Positions 1 to 12,770 of a DNA stretch of 64,000 bases are shown one piece after another (position 1 is the first letter of the stretch; every line of letters starts with the position of its first letter). The notes under the pieces are model-generated. The model did no database searches. It was not told the DNA's origin and saw only the letters and a list, made by a program, of their open reading frames with translations. The translations under genes and the position numbers were made by a program. The stretch is from Rhina ancylostomus (taxonomy: Eukaryota), in the NCBI GenBank assembly GCA_030265395.1, contig JARFYF010000094.1, forward strand, positions 39,328,488-39,392,487. Reading direction: 5' to 3'.

Positions 1-60
1 TAGGTCCCTGCGAAAGACAGAAAGGGGTGGGGAGGGGGAGATATGTTTGGTGGTGGATGT
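1..60 (-). mobile_element. Penelope-like element ORF fragment
   Basis: Reverse strand reads STTKHISPSPPLSVFRRDL, resembling the 'TKHIFPSPPLSAFRRD' stretch upstream of the GIY-YIG domain in fish Penelope elements; short and cut by the window edge. Confidence 0.55.
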
Positions 61-61
61 T

Positions 62-579
62 TGTGATAATTTACCAAAATTCTCTGGATTCTGGACAGAT
101 CCTGGCAGATTAGAAGACAGTGAATGTCACACCACTTTAAAAAACCATGTAGGCAAAAGGTAGGTAACTATAGGCCAGTTAGCTTAATGGCTGTAGTTGG
201 GAAAATGCTTGAAGCTATCATGAAAGAAGAAATAGCGAGACATCTAGATAGAAATGGTTCCATCAGGTAGATACAGCAGGGATTCACAAAGGACAGGTCT
301 TGTTTGTCAAACATACTGGAGTTATTTCAGGATATAACCAGCGAAATGGATAGAGGGGAACAGGTGGATAAGGTTCAGTAAGGTGCCGCATAAAATACTT
401 ATCCATAAGATAAGGATGCATGGAGTTGGGGGTATTGTATTAGCATGAATAAAGGATTGGTTAACCAATAGAAGGCAGAGATTTAGGATAAATGGGTGCT
501 TCTCTGGTTGGCAATCAGTGGTGAGCAGGGTGCTGCAGGGGTCAGTGCAGCACCCGCAAATGTTCATGGTATACATTAA
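62..579 (+). mobile_element. CR1-clade LINE ORF2 reverse transcriptase fragment (decayed)
   Basis: SLDSGQILAD*KTVNVTPL..GNYRPVSLMAVVGKMLE, QQGFTKDRSCL and the VLQGSV (VPQGSV) motif; stops and frameshifts; ends at an N gap. Confidence 0.9.
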
Positions 580-679
580 NNNNNNNNNNNNNNNNNNNNN
601 NNNNNNNNNNNNNNNNNNNNNNNNNNNNNNNNNNNNNNNNNNNNNNNNNNNNNNNNNNNNNNNNNNNNNNNNNNNNNNN

Positions 680-748
680 GGAATCGAACCCGGGTTGCTG
701 GCACTGTAATAGCGTCGTGCTAACCACTACACTACCATGCCGCCCCTA
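680..748 (-). mobile_element. tRNA-derived SINE head (HE1/V-SINE type)
   Basis: Reverse complement gggcggcatggtagtgtagtggttagc...gggttcgattcc carries Pol III A- and B-box motifs. Confidence 0.75.
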
Positions 749-1129
749 ACAAATAAAATAAGTGAAATAAAAGTGTGACTGGGTATTGATAGGACTAACA
801 TCCAATAGACAGTAAATCTGCTAGTCCAGCACCACCAAAGTCTCAAAGGTGCTGGATCACTGGAACTTTACTGTCTACCTAATTGTAAAGTTCACTTTGA
901 GGAACTACAACTGGAGGCCACATAGCAAGCTGAATTATTGATGAAAGACAGTTGCTTTGCAGCCCTTGTGCTGTCATCCCACTTCAATTAGGAAATTACA
1001 TGATCCAAAAAAGATATGAAATTTATCTATTATATTGGAGCCCTTCTCTGGAAAATAAACTAGATGTTACCATTAAATAATGTCAACCTTGTCAGTTCCT
1101 TGTAAACACTATGGAAGAGAGTGCTCACC

Positions 1130-1225
1130 AATGAGATCTTTACCTGAATCATTAACTTTCTCCCTCCCTGAGTATTTCCAGCATTTCCTATTTTTCTTTC
1201 AGATTTCCAACACCAGCAGTGTTCT
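1130..1225 (+). mobile_element. Decayed Penelope pLTR-derived short repeat
   Basis: ctgagtatttccagcattt...ttcagatttccaacacc matches the motif at 43760-43830 and, reverse complemented, 9140-9240 and 60140-60220. Confidence 0.55.
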
Positions 1226-1359
1226 GCCTTTGAAATATCAGCCATATGTTCTCCCTCCTGTTATTTGGTTCCAGTGACCAAAAACAAACTTCTATCTCAG
1301 TATTTTTCAAAGAAATAAAACTTGTTTGAGTTTCTTATTTTATGGCAGTCATCTTTCTG

Positions 1360-1915
1360 GAACATTTGAAGCTGTATAAAACTTTGGTTGGTCCACATTT
1401 GGAGTATTTTGTGCAGTTCTAGTCTCCACATAACAGGAAGAATGTGAAGGCTTTGGTGTTTGTGCAAATGAGGTTCACAAGATTGTTGCCTGGATTAGAG
1501 AATGAGCTATAAGGAGAGGGTGGACAAACTTGAATTGTTTTCTCTGGACCATCATAGGCTGAAGGGCAAACTGATAGAAGTATGTAAAACTATGAGAGGC
1601 ATAGATAGGGTAGATGGTCAGAGTCTTTTTTCCCATGGTGGGGGTATCAAAAACAAGAAGGCATAGGTTTAAGGTGAGAGGAAGGAGTATTAAAGGGGAT
1701 CTGAGGGGAAAGTGTTCTTCTGCAGAGACAGTGGTAGGTATCTTGAACACACTGCCAGAGGAGGTGATGGAATCAGGAGTACAACATTTAAGAGGCATTT
1801 AGATAGGCACGTGAACAGGCAGGGGATGGAGGGATATAGACCATGTGCAGGCATGTGGGATTAGTTTAAACTGGCATCATGGTCGGTACAGATTTCGTGG
1901 GCCAAAAAGCCTTCT
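1360..1915 (+). mobile_element. CR1/HER1 LINE 3' fragment
   Basis: LYKTLVGPHLEYFVQF*SPH..RFTRLLPGL, KTRRHRFKVRG, followed by the 3' tail ggcatcatggtcggtacaga...gggcc. Confidence 0.9.
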
Positions 1916-2479
1916 ATTCTTCTCTCTGTCTTCTGTTAGTGCACTGACTTCGATTGAAATTATGCATCAGCTTACTTTGTTAAATTGCTATCAACTTATG
2001 AAAGATGCAATCAAAATAGACTAACATTGATGCCAAAAAGACTGCTAATGTATGTAGAAATTTTATTCAAGCAATAACATTTATTTCCTGTGGAAATAGA
2101 CTTCCAGAAATCCAGACAGGAAGACATTTTATTGAAATATGACCAACAGAATTGAATACCTTGATGTCTTCAGGCACCTTGATATTTACTATGCTCTGCA
2201 ATAAGCAGAAGCATGTCTCTTCACCCGTTTTCTCTGAACATTATTTTCTATGAACATTTGGAATTGGTCTACTGATACAACTACAAAAGTCATGCTTAAG
2301 ATGCATATTTATTGACATGTCCAAGGAAGATATAATGTAACAAGGACATGCAGATTGAAGCCAGTGAAAGCATATATAGGTCCCAAGTCTCTGAATAATT
2401 TCATTAAAACCTAGCCCACTTCTTTGATAAAACTTTTGTTTGTCTGTCCTAATATCTCCTATTACCACTGGACCAAAGA

Positions 2480-2570
2480 TGTCCAGTGTGTCTGAGTCTG
2501 AGACATTAACTCTGTTTCTCTCTCCACAGATGCTGAGCATCTCTAGTATTTCCTGTTTTTATTTCATGTC
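2480..2570 (+). mobile_element. Decayed Penelope pLTR-derived short repeat
   Basis: acattaactctgtttctctccacagatgctg matches the other pLTR copies in the window. Confidence 0.5.
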
Positions 2571-2719
2571 ATTAAATCTGCAAATTTTCCTATTCTAATA
2601 CCTCCTTTGACTTGAAGTCAGTTTTTGTCTTTTAGTACTCTTGTGAGAAGCTTCAGGGAGATTTGCTGTATTAGTACAAGTTATTGGTTAAGAAATAAAA
2701 ATTAGGTCATGTCACTTGC

Positions 2720-4160
2720 AATTCCTTCTATCAATCTTATTTTGTCATTCAAACTGAATTTCTACTTCACCTTCCAGTTCTATCCTTATATTGTTTGACT
2801 CCTCTTGTGTTCCTAAGAGCATTGCTCTCAGCCTTGAATAAACTCAAAGAATGAGCATCCACAGTCCTATGAATTGTAGAATAACAAAGAATCACAAGCC
2901 TTTCAGTGAAGAAGTTTCTCTATACCTCAGTCTCAAGTGGCTGACCAGTTTTCCCCAAAACTATGAACCCAGATCTAAACTCTCCAGTCAGAAATAAACG
3001 AGTGCTCAGGCACCATCCAGTCAAACCGTCTCAGAATTGTATATGTTTCACTGATGTCAATGCTTATTCTTCAGAGAATGTACTTCCATTCTTATTAATC
3101 TCTCTCAAAAGGCAATCACCTCATCCCATGAAACATTCTAGTGAATTGTACACCCTCTAATGTAAGTACTTCTTTCAATAGAGACCAAAAATATGACAGA
3201 ATCCCAGGTCTAAGAAGGGCCTTATAAATTCCCAACAAAACTTTCTTATTCAATCCATCAATACTAACATACCACTCCCAGTTGCTTACTTCCTATGATT
3301 CATAAATAAGAGCCCTAAATCCCAGTAAATCCCACTATTCACTAATTCCTTACCTTAAACAAATATTTTGTTTTTCTATTCTTCCTTCCAAAGCAGATAA
3401 TTTTATATACATACACATTGTATATTCCACAAGCCTTATTGCTTAGTCGCTTAACTGGTCTATGTTGCTTTGTAGCCTCTTTGCAGCCTCTTTGCATTCA
3501 TCTTGCAGCTTGTTTTCCCACCCAGCTTTGAGCTGCCAGCAAACTTCTACGTTATTTGCATTCAGCTCCTTCATCTAAATGATTGATATAAATTGTAAAC
3601 AGAAACCCAAGCATTCATTCTTCTGAAATGTGACTGGTTACACCCTACTGTTTTGAAAAGGAATCCAATCATTCTGTCCATTAACCAATGTTATTGAAGG
3701 GATAAATTCTGCCCAATCCTATGATCCCTCATGTTGTGTATCAATCTTTGTGTGTTACTTTATTAAGTATTATCCGCATATTCAGATACACTGCATCCAC
3801 TAATTTCCTTTCACTTAGCATATTGATTACATTTTCAAAAATTAGCATATTTTTTCAGATGTAATTTCCCTTTCATTAATTAATGTTAACTTTGACTATT
3901 AATACTGTGATTTTCTAAATGTCCCATTACTGCAGTAATAATAACAGGTGATAGTTTATTTCACACCACTGATATCAGCCTAACCAGCCCACTTTCCATT
4001 TTTGTTTCCTCTGTACTTTCTTGAGCTGTGAGATTGCAGTTGCTATATTCCAAATAACAAGGATTGTCCTTTGATTCTAGAAGGTCCACAATCATTCTAG
4101 TTATCTATTTCAAACCCTAGGGTATAGTGTAGCAGATTCAGTAAATGCATCAATTTCCCT
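2720..4160 (-). mobile_element. Old CR1 LINE relic (3' end through RT region)
   Basis: Reverse-strand CR1 3' motifs (gagcatccacag, gtgaagaagtttctc), an INDLDE-like stretch near 3570-3590 and an RLVRLIS (RPVSL-like) stretch near 3970-3990; heavily decayed. Confidence 0.65.
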
Positions 4161-4417
4161 GTAATTTTTTCTTGAATTCCTCTCTTTTATTAGACCATTG
4201 ATTGTCCAAACCTTTAGGTTCTTTTTGGTTCATTATAATTTCCCCTGTCTTTGCCACTGAGGGGCCCTCAATTTCACAAACTTCTTTTTCACATGTTTTT
4301 AAATTTCTTGCAAATTGAATCTCATTTTACTTTCTCATGCTTTGTAAAATTTTTTCATTGTCCTTCAGTGATTTTTAAACCTTTTCTAAGTCACCAGGCT
4401 TTTGACTCTTTGTGGCA

Positions 4418-4745
4418 ATATAAGAATATAAGAAAGTTAAGGCATTGGGACAGGAAGAGACCATTCAACCCTTGCTTAACTCTGTCATTCAATAAAATCT
4501 TCTACTTCAACACCACTTTCCTGCCCTATGCCCATATCCCTTGATTCCTTCCATATCCAGAAATATACTGATCTCACTTTTAAACACAATCAATAACTGA
4601 GCTTCCACAATTCTCTGATGTTGAGAATTCCAAAGATTGACCACACTCTGAGTAAAGAAATGTCTCCTTATTTCAGTCCTAAGTGGTCTATCCCTTATTT
4701 TGAGACTGTAACCCTTGTTTTTGACTCCTTATCCAGGGAAATATC
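4418..4745 (-). mobile_element. CR1 LINE 3' end
   Basis: Tail repeats aatataagaatataagaa; the reverse strand gives RRHFFTQSVVNLWNS. Confidence 0.8.
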
Positions 4746-4746
4746 C

Positions 4747-5737
4747 CTATGCGTTAATGATTTGGAAGAGATGACTGAGTGTAGTGTATCTAAGTTTGCT
4801 GATGACACTAAATTGAGTGGAAAAGCAAATTGTGCAGGGGACACAGAGAGTCTGCAGAGAGGTATAGATTGGTTAAGTGAGTGGGCAAGGGTCTAGCAGA
4901 TGGAGGACAATATTGGTAAATGCAAGGTCATCCTCTTTGGAAGGAAAATAGAAGATCAGAATATTATTTAATTGGTGAAAGATTGCAGCATGCTGTTGTG
5001 CAGATGGGCTTGGGAGTGCTTGTGCATGAATCGCAAAAGGTTGGTTTGGAGGTGCAACAGGTTATCAAGAAGGCAAATGAAATGTTGGCTTTCATTGCTA
5101 GAGGGATTGAATTTAAGAGCAGGGAGGTTATGCTGCAACTGTACAGGGTACTGGTGAGGCCGCACTTGAAGTACTGTGTGAAGTTCTGGTCTCCTTACTC
5201 GAGGAAAGATATGCTGGCTTTGGAGGGGGTGCAGAGGAAGTTCACCAGATTGATTCCAGAGATGAGGGGGTTAGCCTATGAGAAGAGATTGAGTTGCCTG
5301 GGACTATACTCGCTGGAATTCAGAAGAATGAGAGGGGATCTTGTAGAAACATATGAAATTATGCAAGGGATAGATAAGATAGAGGCAGGAAAATTGTTTC
5401 TACTGGTAGGTGAGACTAGAACTAGGGGACATAGCCTCAAGATTCGGGGGAGTAGATTTAGGATGAGGATGAGGAGAAACTGCTTTTCCCCCAGAGAGTA
5501 GTGAATCTATGGAATTCTCTGCCCAGGGAAGCAGTAGAAGCTACCTCATTAAATATATTTAAGACACAGTTGGATAGATTTTTGCATCGTACAGGAATTA
5601 AGGGTTATGCGGAAAAGGCAGGTAGGTGGAGCTGAGTCCATGGCCGGATCAGCTATGATCTGACTGAATGGCAGAGCAGGCTCAATGGGCCAGATGGCCT
5701 ACTTCTGCTCCTATTTCTTACATTCTTATGTTCTTAT
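4747..5737 (+). mobile_element. CR1 LINE ORF2 C-terminal region plus 3' UTR and tail (5'-truncated)
   Basis: VNDLEE..SKFADDTKL, LYRVLVRPHLKYCVKFWSP, RRMRGDLVETY, TRGHSLKI (ORFs 4618-4896, 4920-5501); tail ttcttacattcttatgttcttat. Confidence 0.95.
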
Positions 5738-5870
5738 ACTAGGGGACATTGGTTTAAAGTGAGAGGGCGATAGTTTAAAGGAGATGTGCGAGGCAAGTTT
5801 TTTTCTTACACAGAGAGTGGTAGATGCCTGGAATGCACTGCCAGGGGGAGATTGTAGAAGCAGATAAGAT
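5738..5870 (+). mobile_element. Second CR1 3' fragment
   Basis: TRGHWFKVRG..FKGDVRGKFF..RVVDAWNALPGE. Confidence 0.85.
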
Positions 5871-5871
5871 G

Positions 5872-6512
5872 GACTGTGGCTTGGAGGTCAACTTGCAGAT
5901 GATGGTGTTCCCATGCTTGTTGTCCTTGTCCTTCTAGCTGATATAGGTCCTGGGTTTGGAAGGTGCTGCCTAAGGAGTCTTGGCAAGTTGTTGCAGTGCA
6001 TCCTGTAAGATGATACAAACTGTTGCTACTATACATTGGTGGTGGAGTGAGTCATTGGTTGTGGATGGGATGCCTATCAAGCAGGCTGCTATGACCTGTA
6101 TAGTGTTGAGCTCCTTGCGTGTTGATAAAGCTGCATTCAGTCCATCACACTTCTGACTTGAGCCTTGCAGATGGTGGACAGGCTTAGGGGAGCTAGGATG
6201 TGAGTTACTCACCACAGGAATCCTACTTTTGTAGCCACATTGTATATGTGGTTAATTTAGTTCAATCTCTGCTCAGTGGTAACCCCCAGCATTTTGACAT
6301 TGGGAGATTCACTGATGGTGATACCATTGAATGTCAGGGTGTGAGAGCTGTATTTTCTCTTTTTGGATATTGTCGTTGCCCAGCAATTGTATGGTGTGAA
6401 TGTTACTTGCCACCTATCAGCTCAGGCCTGGATATTGTCCAGGCCTTGCTGCATTTGGATATGAACAGATTCAATATCTGAGGAGTCGTGAATGACACTG
6501 AATATTGTGCAG
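5872..6512 (-). mobile_element. L2/CR1-group LINE RT C-terminal relic
   Basis: Reverse strand: LNTIQVIAACLIG, SLHHQCIVATVC, HCNNLPRLLRQHLPNP; same family as 30130-30490, 37990-38170 and 42450-42830. Confidence 0.8.
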
Positions 6513-9139
6513 TAATTGCACATGTAGTTGCGTTTGTTAATATTTTTTGTTTATAAAATGCATCTGCTTGATTTACCCCTCCAAAAAGTAGTTAAATTTA
6601 ATATTTTTGTGCAATATTTCATGTGAGGAGCAACTAGAAACTTCAAAGCCCCATCTAAAAACTGCTTTAGTTCACCAATGTATAGGCAATCTCATTTATA
6701 AGGGAAGGGTAAACCTGAAGGCATTTTATGAAAGAAACTCGATTCCGAATCTAACTGTACAATACCAGATGTGTGTGTAATCACAAGTGACATTTGGTGC
6801 CTAAAATGTAAAGTGTTTTATCGCTGTCATTAATATCCAAGTACAAAATTTATTAACAAATTGCTTTGAGTACTTACCACTACTTTAATGGAAAGAGTTA
6901 AATGTCTGAACACAATTTGCTACCATTAAGGAATAATAATCTGCAAAAACTGAAACGAAAGTTGAAAAGACTGCAGGAGGGAAAATATCTAACGCAACTA
7001 TTGTTAATCAAAGCACAATCAACAAGATGAAATTGCCTCATATATAGAAATTAAAAGGTATTTACTGATAACAAATGACTCCACGAATTGATATTGTTTT
7101 AATATGGAGCCATACAAATGCTACCGATTCAATATTCCACTACGTTGTGATAGCAGGTTTCCCCAGAGTGGCGGCATTGCCACTGACCTCAGTATCCCCA
7201 GACCAGAGAACATAGATGAGAACAGGATGTCAGCAACGATTCCATGTTCCCATTCGTTCATTCACACCTAAATTGCACAGAGGCAACACTGAGTTTGCCT
7301 TTGATGTCTCTTGTAGCTGAAGAACTCACCTGTATTCAGTATCTCTGCTCAAAGCAAAGTGTTAACAATGACTGCAGTTGGAACTTAGAGCATCCCCAGA
7401 AAAACGAGGCTTAGTTCCAAACAACCTGATTTAATCACAAATTCATGAGAGGGCTTTTTGCTTTTGGATATGTTGTCTTACTTGTTTCTTCCAAATGATG
7501 TTTCTGAGAAGGATCTCTTGAGATCTTAAATTTGGATGTTTAAGGGGCTACGCTAAATTTGAGAAGTTATGAGGAAGCTGGATAAGTGGCCCGATTGAAC
7601 ACAAAAGCACACAATACAAAACCATTCTTGATCGCAATGGAGACAGGCATGAATCATCCCCTCCTTTTACAGTTATTAAAGCCACACAAGAGGATTGAAA
7701 ATTCCAACCCAGTAATTTCCTTGTATTGTTGACAGATGCCAATGTCATTAAAAAGATACAGAATTTAATCATAGTTTTATTTCACAGAAGCAAGCCAATC
7801 AGCCCATTGTTACTGTGCCAGCTCTGTGAAAGAACTGCGTAAACAGTATCACTTCCCCACTCTTTCACAAGATCTCTGTAACATCTTCTTTAATTCCTCA
7901 TTATTTTTAAGCATATAGTCATTTCTTAAAGTTTCAAAGACTCTCAGATACAAAACTTTGCTGTATTGAGCTAGAGGAATCAGAGTTTGGAAGAGAGCAC
8001 ACTAATTTACCCTGACTAAATCAAGTTCAGTTTTTAATGACATTGAACTTTCCTCCAGTGTATCGGGGATTACATTCCATCTACTCTCCACAAAATCTGC
8101 AAACCATTGGCATGGATCATAAGTAGCTTCCTTCTGTCTTTGTTAAGGGAATATCACTCACAATAACAAAAAACAGGTTTGCAGGGTGTAAAGTGAGAAA
8201 ATCATAACCTTGGTAGTCACAGTTTAGGTTTTGGAATACACATTGGTAAACACCAGACAATGAATTTAGTACATAAGAGCTGTTTTGTAGTTATAACAGC
8301 AGTGCAGTATTAGTTCAAAGAAAATACTGGGTCTTGGTTTCATGATCGGATAGCTGTTTCCTAAAGCAAGGTCCCATATGAACTGAAAGCTGCATTTTTA
8401 TTCAACGCTCTACACCTGTCTTCTCAATGGAATATAAAGCTGGTTCACAACAGAACCACACAATTTACTTCATGTGGCTTGAAGGCCCAAAATCCTAGGA
8501 GGAAGTCATAACACACTTATGAAGGGTTTTCCTGTTGTGTTCTATCTCTGCAAGGGTATTTGGATAATTCCATTTTAAATTTGTTAGTGTATGTAAAAAC
8601 ACAAAAATCTTCCCCAGATATTAACTAATTATTTTCACAGCAACATGGAAAGCTGCTGGACAATGCCCAATGGCTAAGCCCTTTGTTCACATGCACCATT
8701 GGCAATGATTTTGCTACTGTTTTTATACAGTCTCTCCAGACAGAGCTCCATGTATGACGGAATAACATTAATTCTTAATGAGCTTAATTAGCATCAGGTG
8801 TAAATAGGGACAAAATACCACAATACGCACTCTTCATTAAAATCTCTATTTCCAAGAATGTTTTAAACTCTTTTGCTTCACTCACACCCCTCCACAATCA
8901 CCCGAGTTTAATTTATTCCTAATTAGCTATGATTAACATACACATAATAAACAGACTGGATAGAGTAGAGCTGATTAATGTAGATTGAATCTGAGCAGCA
9001 GAATGGAGGGAGAACTGAGACAGCTCTTCAATGCAAATTCGCTTATCATTTCTAGACAAAAGATAAAGAAATACTGAGCTCTTAACAGGGATCAGTCTGT
9101 GGATCAGTATAGGAAATTGTCCACCAGAAAAGCAAATAA

Positions 9140-9240
9140 AACACTGAAGAATGCTGGAAATCTGAAACAAAGAGACAAAATGCTGGAAATTCTCAACAGG
9201 TCAGACAGCATCTATTGAGATAGGAACAAGAGATAGTGTC
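9140..9240 (-). mobile_element. Penelope pLTR-derived short repeat
   Basis: atgctggaaatctgaaacaaa...atgctggaaattctcaacaggtcagacagcatc, homologous to 45660-45740 and 60145-60220. Confidence 0.7.
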
Positions 9241-9269
9241 TAAACTGCACGAAGTGGGCCCAATACTCT

Positions 9270-9900
9270 GCCAACAGTACCCATGGACTGGATAATGGCC
9301 CATGTTAAATCTGTTTTTAAAAGGACAATCAAAACTGAACTCTGGAATTGTAGGCTAGTTAAAGGTCAGTCATTGTCATTATGACAAAAGGAATTATTGG
9401 AGCCCTATTGTATGTTTGCTTGTAAAGAGCAGAGACAATTCCAACATGCCTTTCAGAAATGGTGGTCCTCCTTAATCAACTTTTTTGAAGAGATCGTAAC
9501 ATTGGTTGCTTCAGGTAATATTGTGCATCGTGATTTTCAAAAGTCCTTTGAAATGTTGAAATAATGTTGCATCCTGTGAGATTGCTGGTTGGATTTTTAG
9601 CAGAAATGAAAATTCAGCACAAGCAGAAGATTTATACTAATGATGAGGGTGTGCATGGGATGCACTGACTAGTGGAATTTGTTATCTGGTGGAGGACCTA
9701 AAAGTCTATTGAAGAACCATCACACATCATTATTAATCAATGACTTGGATGAAAGCACAATGGGCAAACTCGTTAAGTCTGATGTTAATAGAAAATTGTA
9801 TAAAGGAGTTAGAACATTATGCATAGTAAATCATCTGAGAATGATCTAGATACATTTGAGAAATATGCTCTGATGTGGCATGGGTTTAAGTAAAGTGATG
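9270..9900 (+). mobile_element. Old CR1 RT relic
   Basis: VPMDWIMAHVKSVF (VPxDWxxANVTPIF-like), QHAFQK..SLINFF (QHGF..SCLTNL-like), DFQKSFE, INDLDE. Confidence 0.7.
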
Positions 9901-10547
9901 GGAGTTAGAGGAATATCAGTTCAATGTAAGAAGCCATGGGATGAAGTTATCCTCAGAAGTAGTTCTATTTCCAGCAAGCTATCAAATAGTGCAGTAGTTG
10001 ATTGGAACATGTGTTAAGTAAGCAGTCACTACATGCCTTCGAGAAGATGTTTGATGAGTTTTAAAATAAGTTTGAACTATTTTAAGCTTTGGAAGATAAA
10101 TCAATTTTAATTGTATTAATGCAGTTAGTTAATGGAGTCTCCTGATGCATACTTGGTTGCCTTTGGGAATCAAAGTCGAACTTCCCAGAATTTTCATTTT
10201 AAAATTGAGCTAAAAATCTTACTTTCCATTTTTTCCTTTTCTGGAGATAATGTGTCTGGAGGCTGGGTTGGCAGTTAATGCAAACAGACAATATCCCAAG
10301 AGGTAGCTCAGATAATGCTCCTTGTCCTTTTTCTTAATTTCTGGCCAGATCACACAGATGGCTAGCTGCAGTGTATGTGTAGTAGACTTGAGACTTCCAT
10401 GCCCGAGCATTGCAACTGATGCAGAGTGTATTGGAGATTAGCTGACAGCGTATCCATCTTCCTGCTCCATCAATGGACTCAGTGATGAACAACTATGATC
10501 TAAAGTCTCTGACCGTAGCGATGATGAAAGCAGAGACAATCAGGCCT

Positions 10548-10712
10548 GTTAGAAGGGAACTGGATAGGCTCTTATGGGAAATTAATTTGCTGGGCTGTGG
10601 GGAAATAGCAGGGAAATAGTACCGAGGGGGATTGCTGTACTTGGGGTTGGCATGGACATGATGGGTAGATTGACCTCCTGTCCTATAATCGTTCTATATT
10701 ACTATGATTCTA
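10548..10712 (+). mobile_element. CR1-type 3' tail
   Basis: aagggaactggatagg...ggcatggacatgatgggtag...ctatgattcta tail. Confidence 0.65.
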
Positions 10713-11659
10713 TAAAGGCACTATGTAATTGCAAATTGTTGTAAGTGATCAATCACTGCAGGAAATTCTAAGTCTAATGAACAAATGTCTATTATTCACC
10801 AACACCAAAACTTTATGTTTGCAGTGGACCACCAAGATGTTTAGCCTTAGACGCTGAGTACAGACCACCCAGGTTTGTAAAGAGTAGTGTACAGCTATGG
10901 GTAGTACTTCAAAGTGCCCTGCTTTCCAGGAGGGTTTTTTTGTTCACCTTTAGCAGTGTATGAATTGGAGATTGTGCTGCCTCATGCAGCATGTGCAGTT
11001 CCATTCAATCTGAAACAAGGCACAATGATACCCAAGAGCTGTGGCAAACAATGCTGCTTTTTCAGAGCACACAACTCTTCCAATGAGACATTAAACCATG
11101 GCCTGAACTACCTGCTCAGAAGCATGCAAAAGAACCTAGGCATCAATCAAAGATTAATGAGCTTACCCAGGATCCCAACAAACCTCCCTTCTGAATCCTG
11201 CAGAAACAGTTTAAACTGGTGTTTCAGTCATTTTGTTCAACATAAAATGAAAGATAAAAGATGTTTCAGATGGATGTGATAACACACTAGATAAAATGCT
11301 GGGTCCTTATTGCACTCTGACAATTAGATGTGTGCAACTAAAGTAGAAAATTAATGACCTCATGAGAAATGTGGTCGTTCAGATCTGGTGTTACTGCTGA
11401 TATCAAACATATTACACTGGGTCAAAAGGGCAGTTTTTGATCATAGATCTTGATATATCTGCTTGCATGTAAGCAAGTATCACTCTCATGTTCCCTTACT
11501 CTATAATCCTCCATGCTTTTTTGTTATCCCCAATCTCCCTCCCTTCCTCCTTGCCTCTTTTCTATTTTCTTCCTTATTGGACTTGCTACTTTTTCTTTTG
11601 TGTCACCATCTCCCTTTCTGTATTTCTTGTTCCAAAGGATTCCTTGTTGGTTACTATTG

Positions 11660-12770
11660 GGTAGCTTCCTGATTTTGCCACTTAAATCAAACAGCAGTGC
11701 TAAGCTTACAGGACTTTGATGCTATTTATTGTTTTTATCTCCTTGGCCTGGCATCCTTTTTGGGAATGCGGACACATTACAAGTTTAATAACACCCTGCA
11801 TGACAGACACTTTCCCTAAGGCCAATGGGAATAAACTGGAATATAAATTACTTCCAGAACATTCAAACCAGCTTGTGGTATACTCCTGCATCTGCCACTT
11901 TTAGCATTTGGACTGGCAACTATTAAAAGAGTAAAAAGAGAAGTTTTTAACTGTGCCAAACAAGTAAAAAGATTCACTTGATGGCTATGATTCCCTTCCT
12001 GCCGATGAGGGCTGCCTAAAAGCCATATTTAAACTTTTTAATTCATGCCAAGTGGAGGTAGCTCTCTAACAATAAATATGCAGATTATCAAGAATGCAAT
12101 AATTATCCAGAGTATTCACCAGGTAGGAAAGCATATCCAGGATAGAGTGAATGTGATCCAGAGTCGAATGCTGAAATGTGAATACGTAGGACCATTAGAT
12201 TAAACAAAAGCAAGGAATAGCTTAATTAGACAAAGGTGTCTGTGGTGTTATTCTCTCATAACCTAAGCATCCTGAAAATTAAGAGAAGAAAGTTATGGAA
12301 TAGAATGCATTCATGCTGGCAGATGCATTGCCACAATCTGCCCCTACAGGCCATAAGTTCTGATGGCAGTTTTCAATATCTTTTTTCTCAACAGCCATCT
12401 CTGATGTACTGAGGTTAAATCTATACAGTTATATGGCCAAAACAGCTTCAAATGGTAATTGGATACTTTTTTCTTGCGTTAAATTTCTCTATTTACTCTT
12501 TTAACAGTTGCCAGTCCAAATGCTAAAAGTGACAGATGCAGGAGTATACCACTAGCTGGTTTAAATGTACTGGAAGTAATTTGTACTCCAGTTTATTCCC
12601 ATTGGCCATTAGGAAAGTGTCTGTCACACAGGGTGCTATTAAACTTGTAACGTGTTCACATTCCCAAAAATGGATGCCTGGCCAAGGACGTAAAAATAAT
12701 AAAATGGCATCAACACCCTGTAAACTTCACACTGCTGCTTGATTTAAATGGCAAAATCAGAAAGCTACCA
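11660..12770. repeat. Long inverted repeat, arms ~11660-11951 and ~12478-12770, spacer ~530 bp
   Basis: Arms align directly as reverse complements, e.g. gtggtatactcctgcatctgccacttttagcatttggactggcaact versus agttgccagtccaaatgctaaaagtgacagatgcaggagtataccac; about 85-90% identity by eye. Confidence 0.95.

Noticed and set aside
4920-5501. 193-aa ORF as a host gene
   Set aside because: It is the C-terminal part of CR1 ORF2, with upstream stops and frameshifts and a LINE tail downstream
4418-5737. Back-to-back CR1 3' ends as a twin-priming or fold-back structure
   Set aside because: The two arms are clearly different, diverged subfamilies; adjacent independent insertions explain it
11706-12742. 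Paired similar ORFs (MQEYTTSWF...) as duplicated small genes
   Set aside because: They are a by-product of the inverted repeat; frames diverge by indels, with no recognisable homology or splice/promoter support
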